A stretch of DNA of 64,000 bases from the NCBI RefSeq assembly GCF_006345805.1, contig NC_043002.1, forward strand, positions 36,828,001-36,892,000, written 5' to 3'. A program made the translations under genes and the position numbers. Under the pieces are notes generated by a model. The model saw only the letters and a list, made by a program, of their open reading frames with translations, was not told the DNA's origin and did no database searches. Shown in pieces: positions 11,184 through 23,567 of the stretch. Source of the stretch: Octopus sinensis (taxonomy: Eukaryota). Every line of letters begins with the position of its first letter. Position 1 is the first letter of the stretch.

Positions 11184-14100
11184 CTCAGGGTTGGCACCCT
11201 CAACGTTGGCACACTGAAAGGCAGATCTGGCGAGATAGTTGAATTGCTTGAACGAAGGTAGGTTGATATATGCTGCATTCAAGAAGTGAGGTGGAGAGGA
11301 GGTTCTGCTAGGTTCCTCACAGGCAAAGGACAGAGGTACAAGATTTTCTGGGCTGGGAATACTGACGGAGTCGGGGGGGGTGGGCATGCTTATCGCCGAA
11401 AAATGGGTAGATAAGGTAATCGAGGTAGTCAGAGTAAGTGACAGAATAATTAAGATTAGATTAGTGCTCCACCATAGTTTAGCAACTATTATATCGGCCT
11501 ATGCCCCTCAGCCAGGGCTACCTGATGGACAGAAAGACTGTTTCTATGACACCCTACTGCAGACCACATCATTGACGAACGACAGGGACCTTCTCTTTGT
11601 GGCTGGTGACTTCAATGGGCATGTTGGACGATGTGCTGGGGGCTTCCATGGCGTGCATGGAGGCTACGGTTATGGTTCCCGCAACGAGGAGGGAACCAGG
11701 CTGCTGGAGTTCTGCGATGCGAATAGTCTTATGATTTGCAACACTAACTTCAGGAAACCGACAAGCCACCTGGTCACCTACCGATCGGGCCGGCATACTA
11801 GCCAAATCGACTACATCCTTGCCAGAAAAAGGGAAAGATGGCTGCTTATAAATGCCAAAACCTTCCCAGGTGAAGAATGCACCCCACAACATAGACTGGT
11901 AGTTAGTGACTTTAGGATCAGGACTAAGAGGGCGACTAGAAGACGACCAACATGGAGAAGAAGGGTCTGGAAGCTTAAAGACCCTGCGAATGGACAGAGA
12001 TTTAGAGATATGTTATTTGAAGCCTTAGACGAAATGGAAGGGAGTATAGCTATGCATGGGTAGAAGACAACTGGACGCTTCTGAGGGACAACCTGCTGAA
12101 AGCCGCTGACCAGATCTGTGGCTGGTGCAAAGTCCCCTTAAGACCCAAAATAACGTGGTGGTGGAACAATATTGTTGACAGGGCTATTAGACAAGAAACA
12201 GGCTTGGAAGGCCTGGAAGAACGGTGGTAGCAGGAAGTGTATCATCTGCCAGAAGGGAAGCCAGGAGACAGGTCTATCTAGCCAGAGGGGAGGCAGATAA
12301 GGAAAAATTTGCCAATGTCCTGCGTCGTGAGGATGAAAGACTTGAGGTATTTCGTGTTGCAAGACAGTGTGTGAGAGAGAATCGTGACGTGGTAGGAGAG
12401 AAATGTGTTCGCAAGGATGACGGTTCACTTGCGCTTAATGAGGATGCAAAGAGAGAGGCTTGGAGACGCCACTATGATAGGTTGCTGAATGAAGAAAATG
12501 AATGGGATAAAGAGAGTCTGCCGAATGTCGACCCAACAGAGGGACCAGCAATCCGAGTTAAGAGTTCCTTAGTAGATAAGGCAATTAGAAGCATAAAAAC
12601 AGGGAAGCCCCAGGCCCATCAGGAATTACTGCAGAGATGCTCAAAATATCTGGTGGTGTTGGCTATAGCTTAGTCACCCGTATAGTTAACCAGGTGATAC
12701 ACGAGGGGTCATACCCAATGACTGGTGTAGCAGCATAATAGTCAACTGCTACAAAGGTAAAGGCGACGCCCTAGAGACAAATAACTACAGGGGCATCAAG
12801 CTGCTGGATCAGGTAATGAAGGTTATGGAGAGGGTTATAGCCCAACTAATTAGAGAGAGAGTTAGCTTAGATGATATGCAGTTTGGGTTCGTGCCAGGGA
12901 AAAGTACTACTGATGCTATATTCCTGGTAAGACAGCTGCAGGAGAAATACCTAGCCAAAGATAAGCCCTTGTACCTGGCTTTTGTTGACTTGGAGAAAGC
13001 CTTTGACAGGGTCCCCCGATCCTTATCTGGTGGTCAATGAGGAAACTAGGGATAGAAGAATGGTTGGTGAGAGCTGTGCAAGCTATGTACAGAGACGCTG
13101 CTAGTAAGGTGAGGGTTGGCAACGAGTACAGTGAAGAATTCCGGGTAGAGGTTGGGGTCCACCAAGGTTCAGTCCTCAGTCCCCTCCTATTTATCATAGT
13201 CCTCCAGGCAATAACGGAGGAATTCAAGACAGGTTGCCCCTGGGAGCTCCTCTATGCTGATGACCTTGCTCTAATTGCTGAGTCACTATCAGAACTGGAG
13301 GAGAAGTTTCAGGTGTGGAAACAAGGATTAGAATCGAAGGGCCTTAGAATCAACCTAGCCAAAACCAAAGTCCTAATAAGTAGGAAGGTAGATCAATCAC
13401 AAACGCCTTCAGGTAGATGGCCCTGCTCGATCTGTAAAAAAGGTGTAGGTAGAAACTCTATAAGATGCACCAAGTGTAAGCTATGGACACATAAGAGGTG
13501 CAGCAATGTCAAAGGAAGGCTAACTAGGAAAATAGTTTTTGTCTGTGGCAAATGCTCAGGAGCAATAAACACTGGAAATGTGCAGAGACCAACTTCTGCC
13601 ACGTTCTAGAAGTAGTTGATAGCTTCCACTACCTAGGAGACCAAGTCAGTAGCGGGGGTGGGTGTGCTGAAAGTGTAACTGCTAGAGTAAGAATAGCCTG
13701 GGCAAAGTTTAGAGAGCTCTTACCCCTGCTGGTGACAAAAGGCCTCTCGCTCAGAGTAAAAGGCAGACTGTATGATGCATGTGTACGTACAGCCATGCTA
13801 CATGGTAGTGAAACATGGGCCGTGACTGCTGAGGATATGCGTAAGCTCGCAAGAAATGAAGCCAGTATGCTCCGATGGATGTGTAATGTCAGTGTTCATA
13901 ATCGTCAGAGTGTAAGTTCCTTGAGAGAAAAGTTGAACCTAAGAAGCGTCAGTTGTGGTGTGCAAGAGAGACGGCTGCGCTGGTATGGTCATGTGACGAG
14001 AAAGGCTGAAGATAGTTGTGTGCAAAAGTGCTACACCCTAGCAGTTGAGGGAACCTGTGGAAGAGGTAGACCCAGGAAAACCTGGGACGAGGTGGTGAAG

Positions 14101-14193
14101 CACGACCTTCGAACTTTAGGTCTCACTAAGGAAATGTCTAGAGACCGAGACCTATGGAAGTATGCTGTGCGTGAGAAGACCCGGCAAGACTAG
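11184..14193 (+). pseudogene. APE-RT polyprotein of the RTE element, broken by stops and frameshifts
   Basis: In-frame TAG at 11259-11261, +1 frameshift in the G run at 11373-11379, and further frame changes between track ORFs 11380-12063, 12224-12673, 12816-13040, 13037-13609 and 13552-14193. Confidence 0.92.
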
Positions 14194-16170
14194 TCAGGCC
14201 ATAACCCGTGGCCCCTACCTGGGACGTAGTCAGTCCTCCTGTGCATACCTTCCTTCTTGAAGACCTGTTGAGGCAAGTGAAAATCAAATCAAAACAAATC
14301 AAAATAGATGAACATCAGTGGAATTGTATTCTTTGTGGTACCAGTGCCGGTGGCACACAAGAAAACCACCCAAACGTGGCCGTAGCCAGTACCGCATCGA
14401 CTGGCCTCCGTGCTGTGGGCACAACAAACACCATCCGATCGTGGCCGTTCGCCAGCCTCATCTGGCACCTGTGTCGGTGGCACATAAAGACACCATCCGA
14501 AGACCCGGCGACGTAGTCAGTCCACCTGTGTATGCCTTCCCTCTTATGACACTTGTGAAGACCTGTTGAGGCAAGTGTGTGACACTTGTGAAGACCTGTT
14601 GAGGAAGAGGCAAGTGTGTGACACTTGTGGAGACCTGTTGAGGCAAGTGTGTGACCCTTGTGAAGACCTGTTGAGGCAAGTGAAAATCAAACCAAAAAAA
14701 ATAGATGAACATCAATGGAATTTGTATCTTTGTGGTTCCAGTACCGGTGGCACACAAGAAAACCATCCGAACGTGGCCGTAGCCAGTACCGCATCGACTG
14801 GCCTCCGTGCTGTGGGCACAACAAACACCATCTGATCGTGGCCGTTCGCCAGCCTCATCTGGCACCTGTGTCGGTGGCACATAAAAACACCATCCGAAGA
14901 CCCGGCGACGTAGTCAGTCCACCTGTGCATACCTTCCCTCTTATGACACTTGTGAAGACCTGTTGAGGCAAGTGTGTGACACTTGTGAAGACCTGTTGAG
15001 GCAGAGGCAAGTGTGTGACACTTTGTGAAGACCTGTTGAGGCAGAGGCAAGTGTGTGACACTTGTGGAGACCTGTTGAGGCAAGTGTGTGACACGTGTGA
15101 CACTTGTGAAGACCTGTTGAGGCAAGTGAAAATCAAACCAAATCAAAATAGATGAACATCAATGGAATTTGTATCTTTGTGGTTCCAGTACCGGTGGCAC
15201 ACAAGAAAACCATCCGATCGTGGCCGTTCGCCAGCCTCATCTGGCACCTGTGTCGGTGGCACATAAAAACACCATCCGAAGACCCGGCGACGTAGTCAGT
15301 CCACCTGTGCATACCTTCCTACTTATGACACTTGTGAGACCTGTTGAGGCAAGTGTGTGACATTTGTGTAGACCTGTTGAGGCAAGTGAAAATCAAATCA
15401 AATCAAATCAAATCAAACCAAATCAAAATAGATGAACATCAATGGAATTTGTATGTTTGTGGTACCAGTACCGGTGGCACACAAGAAAACCATCCGAACA
15501 TGGCCGTAGCCAGTACCGCATCGACTGGCCTCTGTGATGTGGGCACATAACAAACACCATCCGATCGTGGCCGTCCGCCAGCCTCATCTGGCACCTGTGT
15601 CGGTGGCACATAAAAACACCAACCGAAGACCCGGCAAGACTAGTCAGGCCATAACCCATGGCCCCTACTTGGGACGTAGTCAGTCCACCTGTGCATACCT
15701 TCCTTCCTTCTTGTGACACTTGTGAAGACCTGTTGAGGCAAGTGAAAATCAAATCAAATCAAATCAAAATAGATGAACATCAATGGAATTTGTATCTTGT
15801 GGTACCAGTGCCGGTGGCACACAAGAAAACCATCCGAACATGGCCGTAGCCAGTGCCGCATCGACTGGCCTCCGTGCTGTGGGCACGCAACAAACACCAT
15901 CCGATCGTGGCCGTTCGCCAGCCTCATCTGGCACCTGTGTCGGTGGCACATAAAAACACCATCCGAAGACCCGGCAAGACTAGTCAGGCCATAACCCGTG
16001 GCCCCTACTTGGGACGTAGTCAGTCCACCTGTGCATACCTTCCTTCTTGTGACACTTGTGAAGACCTGTTGAGGCAAGTGAAAATCAAATCAAATCAAAA
16101 CAAATCAAAATAGATGAACATCAATGGAATTTGTATCTTGTGGTACCAGTGCCGGTGGCACACAAGAAAA
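14172..16170 (+). repeat. Tandem array of about six imperfect copies of the RTE ORF-end/3' UTR segment
   Basis: Anchor aaaatagatgaacatc recurs at about 14301, 14698, 15145, 15425, 15766 and 16106 (periods about 280-445 nt). A nested ~33-nt subrepeat gacacttgtgaagacctgttgaggcaagtgtgt and (AAATC)n runs vary in copy number. Confidence 0.93.
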
Positions 16171-17925
16171 TCATCCGAACGTGGCCGTAGCCAGTACCGC
16201 ATAGACTGGCCTCCGTGCTTTGGGGACGTAACAAACACCATCCGATCGTGGCCGTCCGCCAGCCTCATCTGGCACCTGTGTCGGTGGCACATAAAAACAC
16301 CATCTGAGCGTGGCCGTCTGCCAGCCTCGTCTGGCACCTGTGTCGGTGGCACATAAAAACACCATCCGAGCGTGGCCGTTCGCCAGCCTCGTCTGGCACC
16401 TGTGTCGGTGGCACATAAAATCACCCACTACACTCTCGGAGTGGTTGGCGTTAGGAAGGGCATCCAGCTGTAGAAACACTGCCAGATCTGACTGGCCTGG
16501 TGCAGCCTTCGGGCTCCCCAGACCCCAGTTGAACCGTCCAACCCATGCTAGCATGGAAAACGGACGCTAAATGATGATGATGATGATGATGATGAATCAG
16601 ATAATGTATCCATTTTGAAGTGATGTCACAAAAAAGCATATGTTTACTCAAAGCTGATTCAAATAAAGACACTGACAATAGCAGCAAAAAACAGTAATGA
16701 TAAAGACAAAGCAAGCTTCACATAATGGCTGAGGAAATTTTCTGTAATATGTTATTGTGGGGTAGGACTGCTGGAATGAAAATAACCATGCAAATTATAT
16801 TAGACATTCATTAACATGCCACTCACATTAGAACATAGAAAATGAGTAAAAAGCCCCAAAGACAATGAAAAAGGAATAATTCAAAGCAGAGAGAGAGCGA
16901 GAGAAAGAGGGAGTTAAAAAACCTACCTGAAGATATATGTGACTGAAAAGCTGAAGAGAAATAACAATTTACCAAAAAAAAAAAGAAAAAAGAAAAAAAA
17001 AAGCAAAATGGGTATATTAGGATGAGAGCAAGAGGAAACATAAAAAAATGTAAAGAAATTGGCTGAAATAAGAATTTTCAGTTTGTTACTTTGTAAGGCT
17101 TCATCATCGATGGCAGTTTTATATACTAAATGATAGTAGTGTTAGTGTCAAACATAGAGGAAACAGAGTGCATGGGCAATAATATGAATTTGCTATATTA
17201 TAAATAGTGATGTTTATCATACTGATAATAATAATGAGTATAAGGATAAAACATCTTGTCACATTAAATGTTATTAATATTTGATATTATCACTGCAAAC
17301 ACCTTTCCTTTGGTTGAGAAGGGTTGGTAGTTTTCCTCCTGTCTACTGGCTATGGTGAAAGAGGTTGAATGGTGCAGATGATTGAAATGACTGAAAATAG
17401 ACACTTTTCTTCTTGATCAACTTCTTCATGTATTACTGAGAAAGGAAGATGATGGTACAGAGAGAGAGAGAGAGAGAGAGAGAGTGAGCAAGAGAAAGAG
17501 AGAAAGAAAGTGTGTGAAAGAGAGGGAGAGAGGGAGAGAGAGAAAGAGGTTATGATTTCCAGTAAGCTTGCTGAAAGGTGAGTGAGAGCGAATGGGCCTA
17601 CTCTCAGCTTGCACCTGTAGGTAGGAGAATACAATTAGATGAGTGTACTCATAGTAATCTGGGATCTATGAAAAACTCTGATTGGCTCCAGATAGCTGTC
17701 CTCTTACTAGTACTTTACTTTTATACTGGTACCTTTCATGTCTGTCTTTTCATAATCAAATCAATGCAATCCCTGCTCTCCACAAACCAACCAGTTTTTC
17801 CTTATTTGTTCTTGTTATACATCATTATCCATTGCCTTTCTGGCAACTAAAGAAATTATTATTACTGTTATTATTATTATTATAACTTCTCCTCCTCCTC
17901 CTCCTCCTCCTCCTCCTCCACCTCA

Positions 17926-17972
<47 letters not shown>

Positions 17973-19075
17973 TTATGTTTGACTTTTGCTTTACATTTGT
18001 ACAAGTTGGCTCCAAGTCTCACCCAGAGACCTCAAGAGACAAAAAGTTGCAAGTTCATGTTGATGTTATGCCTAGGGTGCCGTATATTTGGTTTTGTACA
18101 TAGTGTTGTTCTAGAGAATGTTTAAGAAACCATAGGAAAATTATGTTTGTTTTAAAACTTGAGATTACATAGAAAGTATTTTGCATAGGATATGGGCAGT
18201 TCCCATGAGTACTATCTTTTGAATTTCTGCCATTTTGGTGTTTCCTGGTATCTGAGCTAGGTAGCAATCAGCCCCTTTTGCTATCATTCCCAGGGCACTT
18301 ATGACAACAGGTATAGTTTTAGTCTTCAGGTTCCACATTTTGCTAATTTCTATTTCAAGATCTTTATATTTGCTTAGTTTTTGGTAGGTCTTGGCAGATA
18401 CGTTTATATCGATTGGGACAGTCATATCAATGAGGAGGCATGGTTTTTGTCTGAAGTCTTTCAATATGATGTCTGGCCTATTCGTATCTATCTTTCTGTC
18501 ATTTTGAATGGTTAAGTTCCAGAGGAGTGAGATGTGATCATTTTCAAGCACTGGAGGTGGTTTGTGTTCCCACCAGTTTTTATCATGGGGCAAGTCCAGG
18601 CTTTTACAAATTACCCAGTGAATATATTGTGTAGCTCTATCATGCCTGTTGAGATATTCTGTAGGCACTAGAAGACTGCACTTGGAGACAACATGATAAA
18701 TGGTTTCATTTTGTTGTTGACATACACGACATATTGGGCTACTGCTGTTCTTTAATATGTTGGCTTGGTAGTTCCTTGTAGGTAGGCATTGATCTTGGGC
18801 TGCAATGATAAACCCTTCTGTTTCAGATTTGAAGCCAGCTGCCATTAGCCATTGATGGGTAAGGGCTTTGTCAACATCGGCATTATTCGCTCTCTTAGGG
18901 CATTTGCCATTGAGAGGATTTTCTTGCCATTTATCTGTCAGAATATCTAAGGCAGCAGTTTTAGCATGGGTTTTCATGTACTTAGCTTTTTCTGTGCTTG
19001 TTTCTCTTATGTCTAATTCCGGAATTTGTTGCATTTGGAATTCACTTAGATATTCCTTTGCCTGTTTTGTTCTTG
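17973..19075 (-). mobile_element. R4/Dong-like RLE non-LTR retrotransposon, 3' portion with intact C-terminal ORF and 3' UTR
   Basis: ORF 18165-19034 has KSETEGFIIAAQDQ, a CCHC finger (CRVCQQQNETIYHVVSKC), RHD, RLE motif RPDIILKD...LLIDMTVP, KYKDL and a terminal IQKIVLMGTAHIL. About 190 nt of 3' UTR; (TAA)n on both sides. Confidence 0.9.
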
Positions 19076-19111
<36 letters not shown>

Positions 19112-19319
19112 ATTATTATTATTATTATTATTAGTAGTATTATTATTACTACTACTACTACCATCATTATCTTCTTTTGTTTCCATTTCTAGCATGGGCC
19201 TCCCAAAAATCTTATATGGACTCCAGTCGAGAACCACTGGATTAGGGATTGAAAGGGGTGAAAAAACTGAAAGAAATAAATGAACTCCTAATGTACCGAT
19301 GTATAGGCATTAAAAGCAA

Positions 19320-21080
19320 AAACCATAGAAAACTCAATGCTTATGCTGGTGGAAAAGTGCCTGAAAGGCATGAAGAAGTTATTAAGCTTCTTCATTAGTG
19401 ACAGGCATTATTCCTCTCTGAGGATTAAGCAAAAAGCCATTCCACTGCTTTGGTCAAGAGGGAAGATTTCATTACCATTCCCTTGTACATGGACCAGTGA
19501 TAGGTGAAGGTAAGCATGGTGTATGTGCTACCCAAAATAAACAACTGGTAGCTGGTGACAGCTGTTTTATGTGAAGAAGAAGTGGATATATTTTTAGAGA
19601 AGCCCAAACTATGTTTAGAGAACTGGTTGATCTAAACACGTCCATAAATGCTCAAAAACATTCCTGATCTAACTCGGCTAATAAATGTCACCTAGCTGTT
19701 TGCAGAGACAGAAAGAAGAAAGTCTATGTGTCTCATATGTAGTGGTACATACCATCAAAAGACTTTCTGTATCCAGCTGAAGGGTACCGACACTGCTGTC
19801 AACTCTTGAACCATAGCAGTAACAACAATATCAGCAACGACAATTCCCAAATCAACAACATATCAGCAATATCAGAGACTAACAACACAGCCAAGAACAG
19901 TTCCACCACCTGCTCTACAATCAAATGAAGACCTCCCTCATGCTGACATTTGTACATGCATCTCTTCCCACATCATTATGTACGCCAGGTCTCATGTTGT
20001 GCAAAGAAGCCAAGGCAAGCTCATCGCAAGAGTTTGGTGCTCATGGGAGAAAGTGAAAGACAGATAAAAGAAGCCACTTCATGCTTAGAGTCAGTGAGTT
20101 CCATAGGGCCATAGAAAGCCAATCAAACAGCAATCACTACTGCCAAGAATAATAAAAACAAAAACATAAGATAAACGACAAAGAGAATATAAACAAAACA
20201 AACACAAGAAAAAACAATAACAGCAGCAGCAACAACACCAATAGCCAAACACAAAAAGACCTGCCAATTTATTCATTTTGTTGTTGTTCAAAAGATTAAC
20301 TGTGACTTGATTGAGAAGATAATAAATAACGAAAAGCAAACATACCAAAGAGGAGATTTTTGAAAAATTCATGCACAAAACACTCTAACTAAGACTTTTC
20401 ATACATACATATTCACACACACCAACATGACTCTTACATACATACTCGCACACTAACATGACTCTCAAATCAAAATATCATTATGATGTAAGATTGTTTC
20501 AGAAAAAAGAGATTTTAGGAAGACGTTTTAAGAAACCCTCTCTATTGGGAAAACTAGATTACACAGCCTTCTCCAAGTAACATCTCCCTTTCTTTTTCTC
20601 TCACCAAAATAGCCATTCTCAGTGTAAGATGTATAAATGTACATGCCCTGGAGCTTCCTTGGAAGTAATGTTACTTGTTCAATGGTCTCAATCCACTAAA
20701 TTAAGCTGTGGTAGCCATCAATGAGACCAGAATTTCTGGGATACATTCACACAGCTTTTACTATAATGTGGGTGCATCATTAAGCCAGTGAGGATACAGC
20801 AGTGCTGCTGGTGGTAATGATGGGTGGGGGGCATTGGCATTTTGGAAGGCTTAGATCTTAAGGTATGAATGATCTTACTGGACCCAGAGATGCTGGATAT
20901 GAACAGCAGTGAAGACACTGTCTTTAGACTAGTAACCATCCGGCTATGGCAAGGTGGCACAACTTTTTCAGTTGTTAAGACCCAGTGATGCTGGATATGA
21001 ACAGCAATGAAGACTCTGTTTTTAGACTAGTATTCCTCTGACTGTGGCAAAGTGGCACAACTTTTTTAGTTATTAAGAAG
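19320..21080 (+). mobile_element. Old L1/Tx1-like LINE relic (zinc-knuckle ORF1 remnant plus start of APE endonuclease)
   Basis: CCHC knuckle C-LI-C-SGTY-H-QKTF-C at 19729-19770. Downstream CINVHAL, AVVAINETR and LDPE..LDMNSSEDTVFRLVTI resemble L1/Tx1 APE motifs; many stops. Confidence 0.55.
20881..21078 (+). repeat. Direct tandem duplication, period 98 nt
   Basis: gacccag(a/t)gatgctggatatgaacagca...gtggcacaacttttt...gtt(g/a)ttaag occurs at 20881 and 20979. Confidence 0.9.
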
Positions 21081-21989
21081 TGTTTTTGGGAAAATTCTGT
21101 TATTTAGTAACAGTGTTACAAATATGTACTGAGATTGCAAGGAGTTAGCTGAGAGAAGAGGGTGGGTGTAAAGGCCTTACAAACACACTCAGGTACATTG
21201 GTACCTACTCAGACAGTTGGAACTATCTAATTAGGTGCCAATGGGATTTCCCCAATGTGCCATTGAAGACATGGAATAATTACCCTGAAAGAACTGCAAA
21301 CAGACACTTTCTTTCTTCAGCAGAGCCATCCTTGACCTCTTCAGATTTCACTTGAATAGGTAGGTGGAGATAAAAACTGGAAGTGTTGCTCTTTAGTAAA
21401 TTTGTTGAAAGGTGACTGAAAGCGGCAAGCATGATTCAAGTGGCCCCTTGCTGGTACTATATGTTATTAACCCTGGTAGGGTGAAAGGCAAAGTTGACCT
21501 CAGCAGGATCTGAACTCAGAATACAACACTTTAATGATTCTGTCAACCGACTACCCAAGATGAGTATACTTGGGGTGATTTAGTTGATTATAGGTCCTCC
21601 ACCTTACAATTAGTCATGTATCTAAGAAAAAAATTATTAATACAAGAAGGCTTTGAAGGGTGGTGGATCAGTAAAATTGGTAGAGTAGTAGACAAAATGC
21701 TTTGCACTAAATAGTTACTACTCTTTACATTCTGAGTTCAAAGTCCACCAAAGCTAACTTTACTTTCATTCTTTTGGGTTCAACAAATAAAATGTTAGTC
21801 AAATACTGGGTTCAATTTAATTGACTAAATCCCAACCTCATTACAATTCGTTGACTTGTGTCTATGTTAGAAAGGAATAACAGAAGTCATTGTAGTATGA
21901 TGGCACATTATTCATTGAGTTGACACTGTAACATAATAGCAACTCCCTCCATCCATAAAATTATTAACCATCTTACTAACAGTAACTCT

Positions 21990-22365
21990 GAGCACCTTTT
22001 CAAACTCCACCTGTCTAACACTTGTGGACATGTTTACAAAGTCAGAAAACAGCACAGCTCCCATGACTTTCAGAAACATTTTTTCATGCTAAGAGTTGCT
22101 GAAGTATGGAACAAACTTCCGGCATCAGTTGTTAGTTGTCGGAGCACTGCATCCTTCAAAACTTCCATGCTTCCTGAGATTCACCAACACTATACCTGAT
22201 TTTCTCCCCTCCATACACACACACACAAGCATGTATCTGACTCATACACTATTCACTTCCCAGGCATTTGTACATTACTGCAAATGCTTTATATGCCCTT
22301 TTGACAAGTTGTGGTGCATCTTAGCACTGTATACAATAATTTCGTTATAATTGTTATTATTTATT
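21990..22365 (+). mobile_element. CR1/L2-group LINE 3' end (second family)
   Basis: Open frame NTCGHVYKVRKQHSSHDFQKHFFMLRVAEVWNKLPASVVSCRSTASFKTS* (TRGH...FF..RV...WN.LP motif), then 3' UTR ending gcactgtatacaataatttc. Confidence 0.8.
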
Positions 22366-23503
22366 CATGTATGTCACTAAAGAAATCGAGAACTCATGAA
22401 CATCACAGCAACTCAGCATTCAGGTTATATTTTTTTCTGCCCTACTATTTATCCTGCTCTTTTTTTTTAGTGGGGAGGGGAGGATGGGAAGGGGGCAGTG
22501 TTGCTTCTTTTCAAGAGTGAGATATCTGAGGTACTGCACCAATCCACATATTTTATTATGAAAGCCTACAGTCATTTGTCAAGTCATGAAAACCTTATTT
22601 ACTACTATGAGGTGAAGATAAAACTTGAACTCAGAAAGTAAAGAACCAGAACAGATACAGTAAGGCATCTAATCTAATGTTCTGGCAATTCTACCACATG
22701 ACCACTCTGAACTGATACTTTATTTGTCAACCCCACAAAAATGAGAATTGATTCCTGTGAGGCTTTAGTGAAGGCATATAGCTCAGTGAGTGTCGGGCTC
22801 ACAATTGTGAGGTAGTGAGTTTGATTCCCAGACTGGGCAGTGTGTTGTGTTCTTGAGCAAGACACTTTATTTCATGTTGCCAAGTTATGTTTGCTTTTGC
22901 CTTTTCCTTGGATAACATCAGTGGCATATGGCTGACTGTTGGTCTTCCATAAACAACCTTGCCCAGACTTGTGTTTTGGAGAGGAACTTGCTAGGTGCAA
23001 TTCCACAGTCATTCATGACCAAAGGTGGTCTTTACTCTGTGTGCTTTGAACTCAGAATGCAAGTGTCTATCCAATGGATTAACAACTCTCCTTGTTTACT
23101 GTATAAGAAATCATTACCAAGAGTTTTTATCATTCTCATAGAAGTAGTACTAGCATTAGTAGTAGTATCAATATTAATGGCAACCACTGTAGCAGTTATA
23201 GTTAGTAGTAGTAAAATAAACTAGCAAAGAAGAATCTTATGAACACTTTCTGTTAGAACTTTGGAGATTTTGTTTGAGCCATTTCAGTACATCATCTTTC
23301 TCAACATTTGCTTTGCAGTTACGCAATTATTATATTTATTTATTTTCCATCCTCTGCCATTTCTTTGTCAAAGGAACCACTTATTATTGTCCCAATATTT
23401 GCTATGAATTCTTTCCTTTTTTCTTAATGCAATACGAGGGTTTGCCATTGGTACTTTCTTAGTTTCTGTAGCTTCTTTTCATAACTGATCATTATTATTA
23501 TTA

Positions 23504-23567
<64 letters not shown>

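Larger units (their letters stand above)
11133..16595 (+). mobile_element. RTE-clade non-LTR retrotransposon, 5'-truncated, with disrupted ORF and amplified 3' UTR
   Basis: APE motifs (LRVGTLNVGTL at 11184, CCIQEVRW, AGDFNGHVG, SQIDYIL, QHRLVV); RT motifs (YRGIKLL, FVDLEKAFD, QGSVLSPLLF, YADD at 13253-13264); C-terminal LRWYGHV and GRGRPRKTW; ends in a (GAT)n tail at about 16571-16595. Abrupt GC/CpG rise relative to flanks. Confidence 0.95.

Noticed and set aside
14172-16420. Repeat array superficially like a CRISPR or a repetitive protein gene
   Set aside because: Eukaryotic context, no unique spacers, units derive from the RTE 3' UTR, and the ORFs are frame-inconsistent between units.
23230-23490. 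Possible fifth Dong-like fragment beside (ATT)n
   Set aside because: Only a vague KLQKLRKYQ resemblance; too degraded to support without an alignment.
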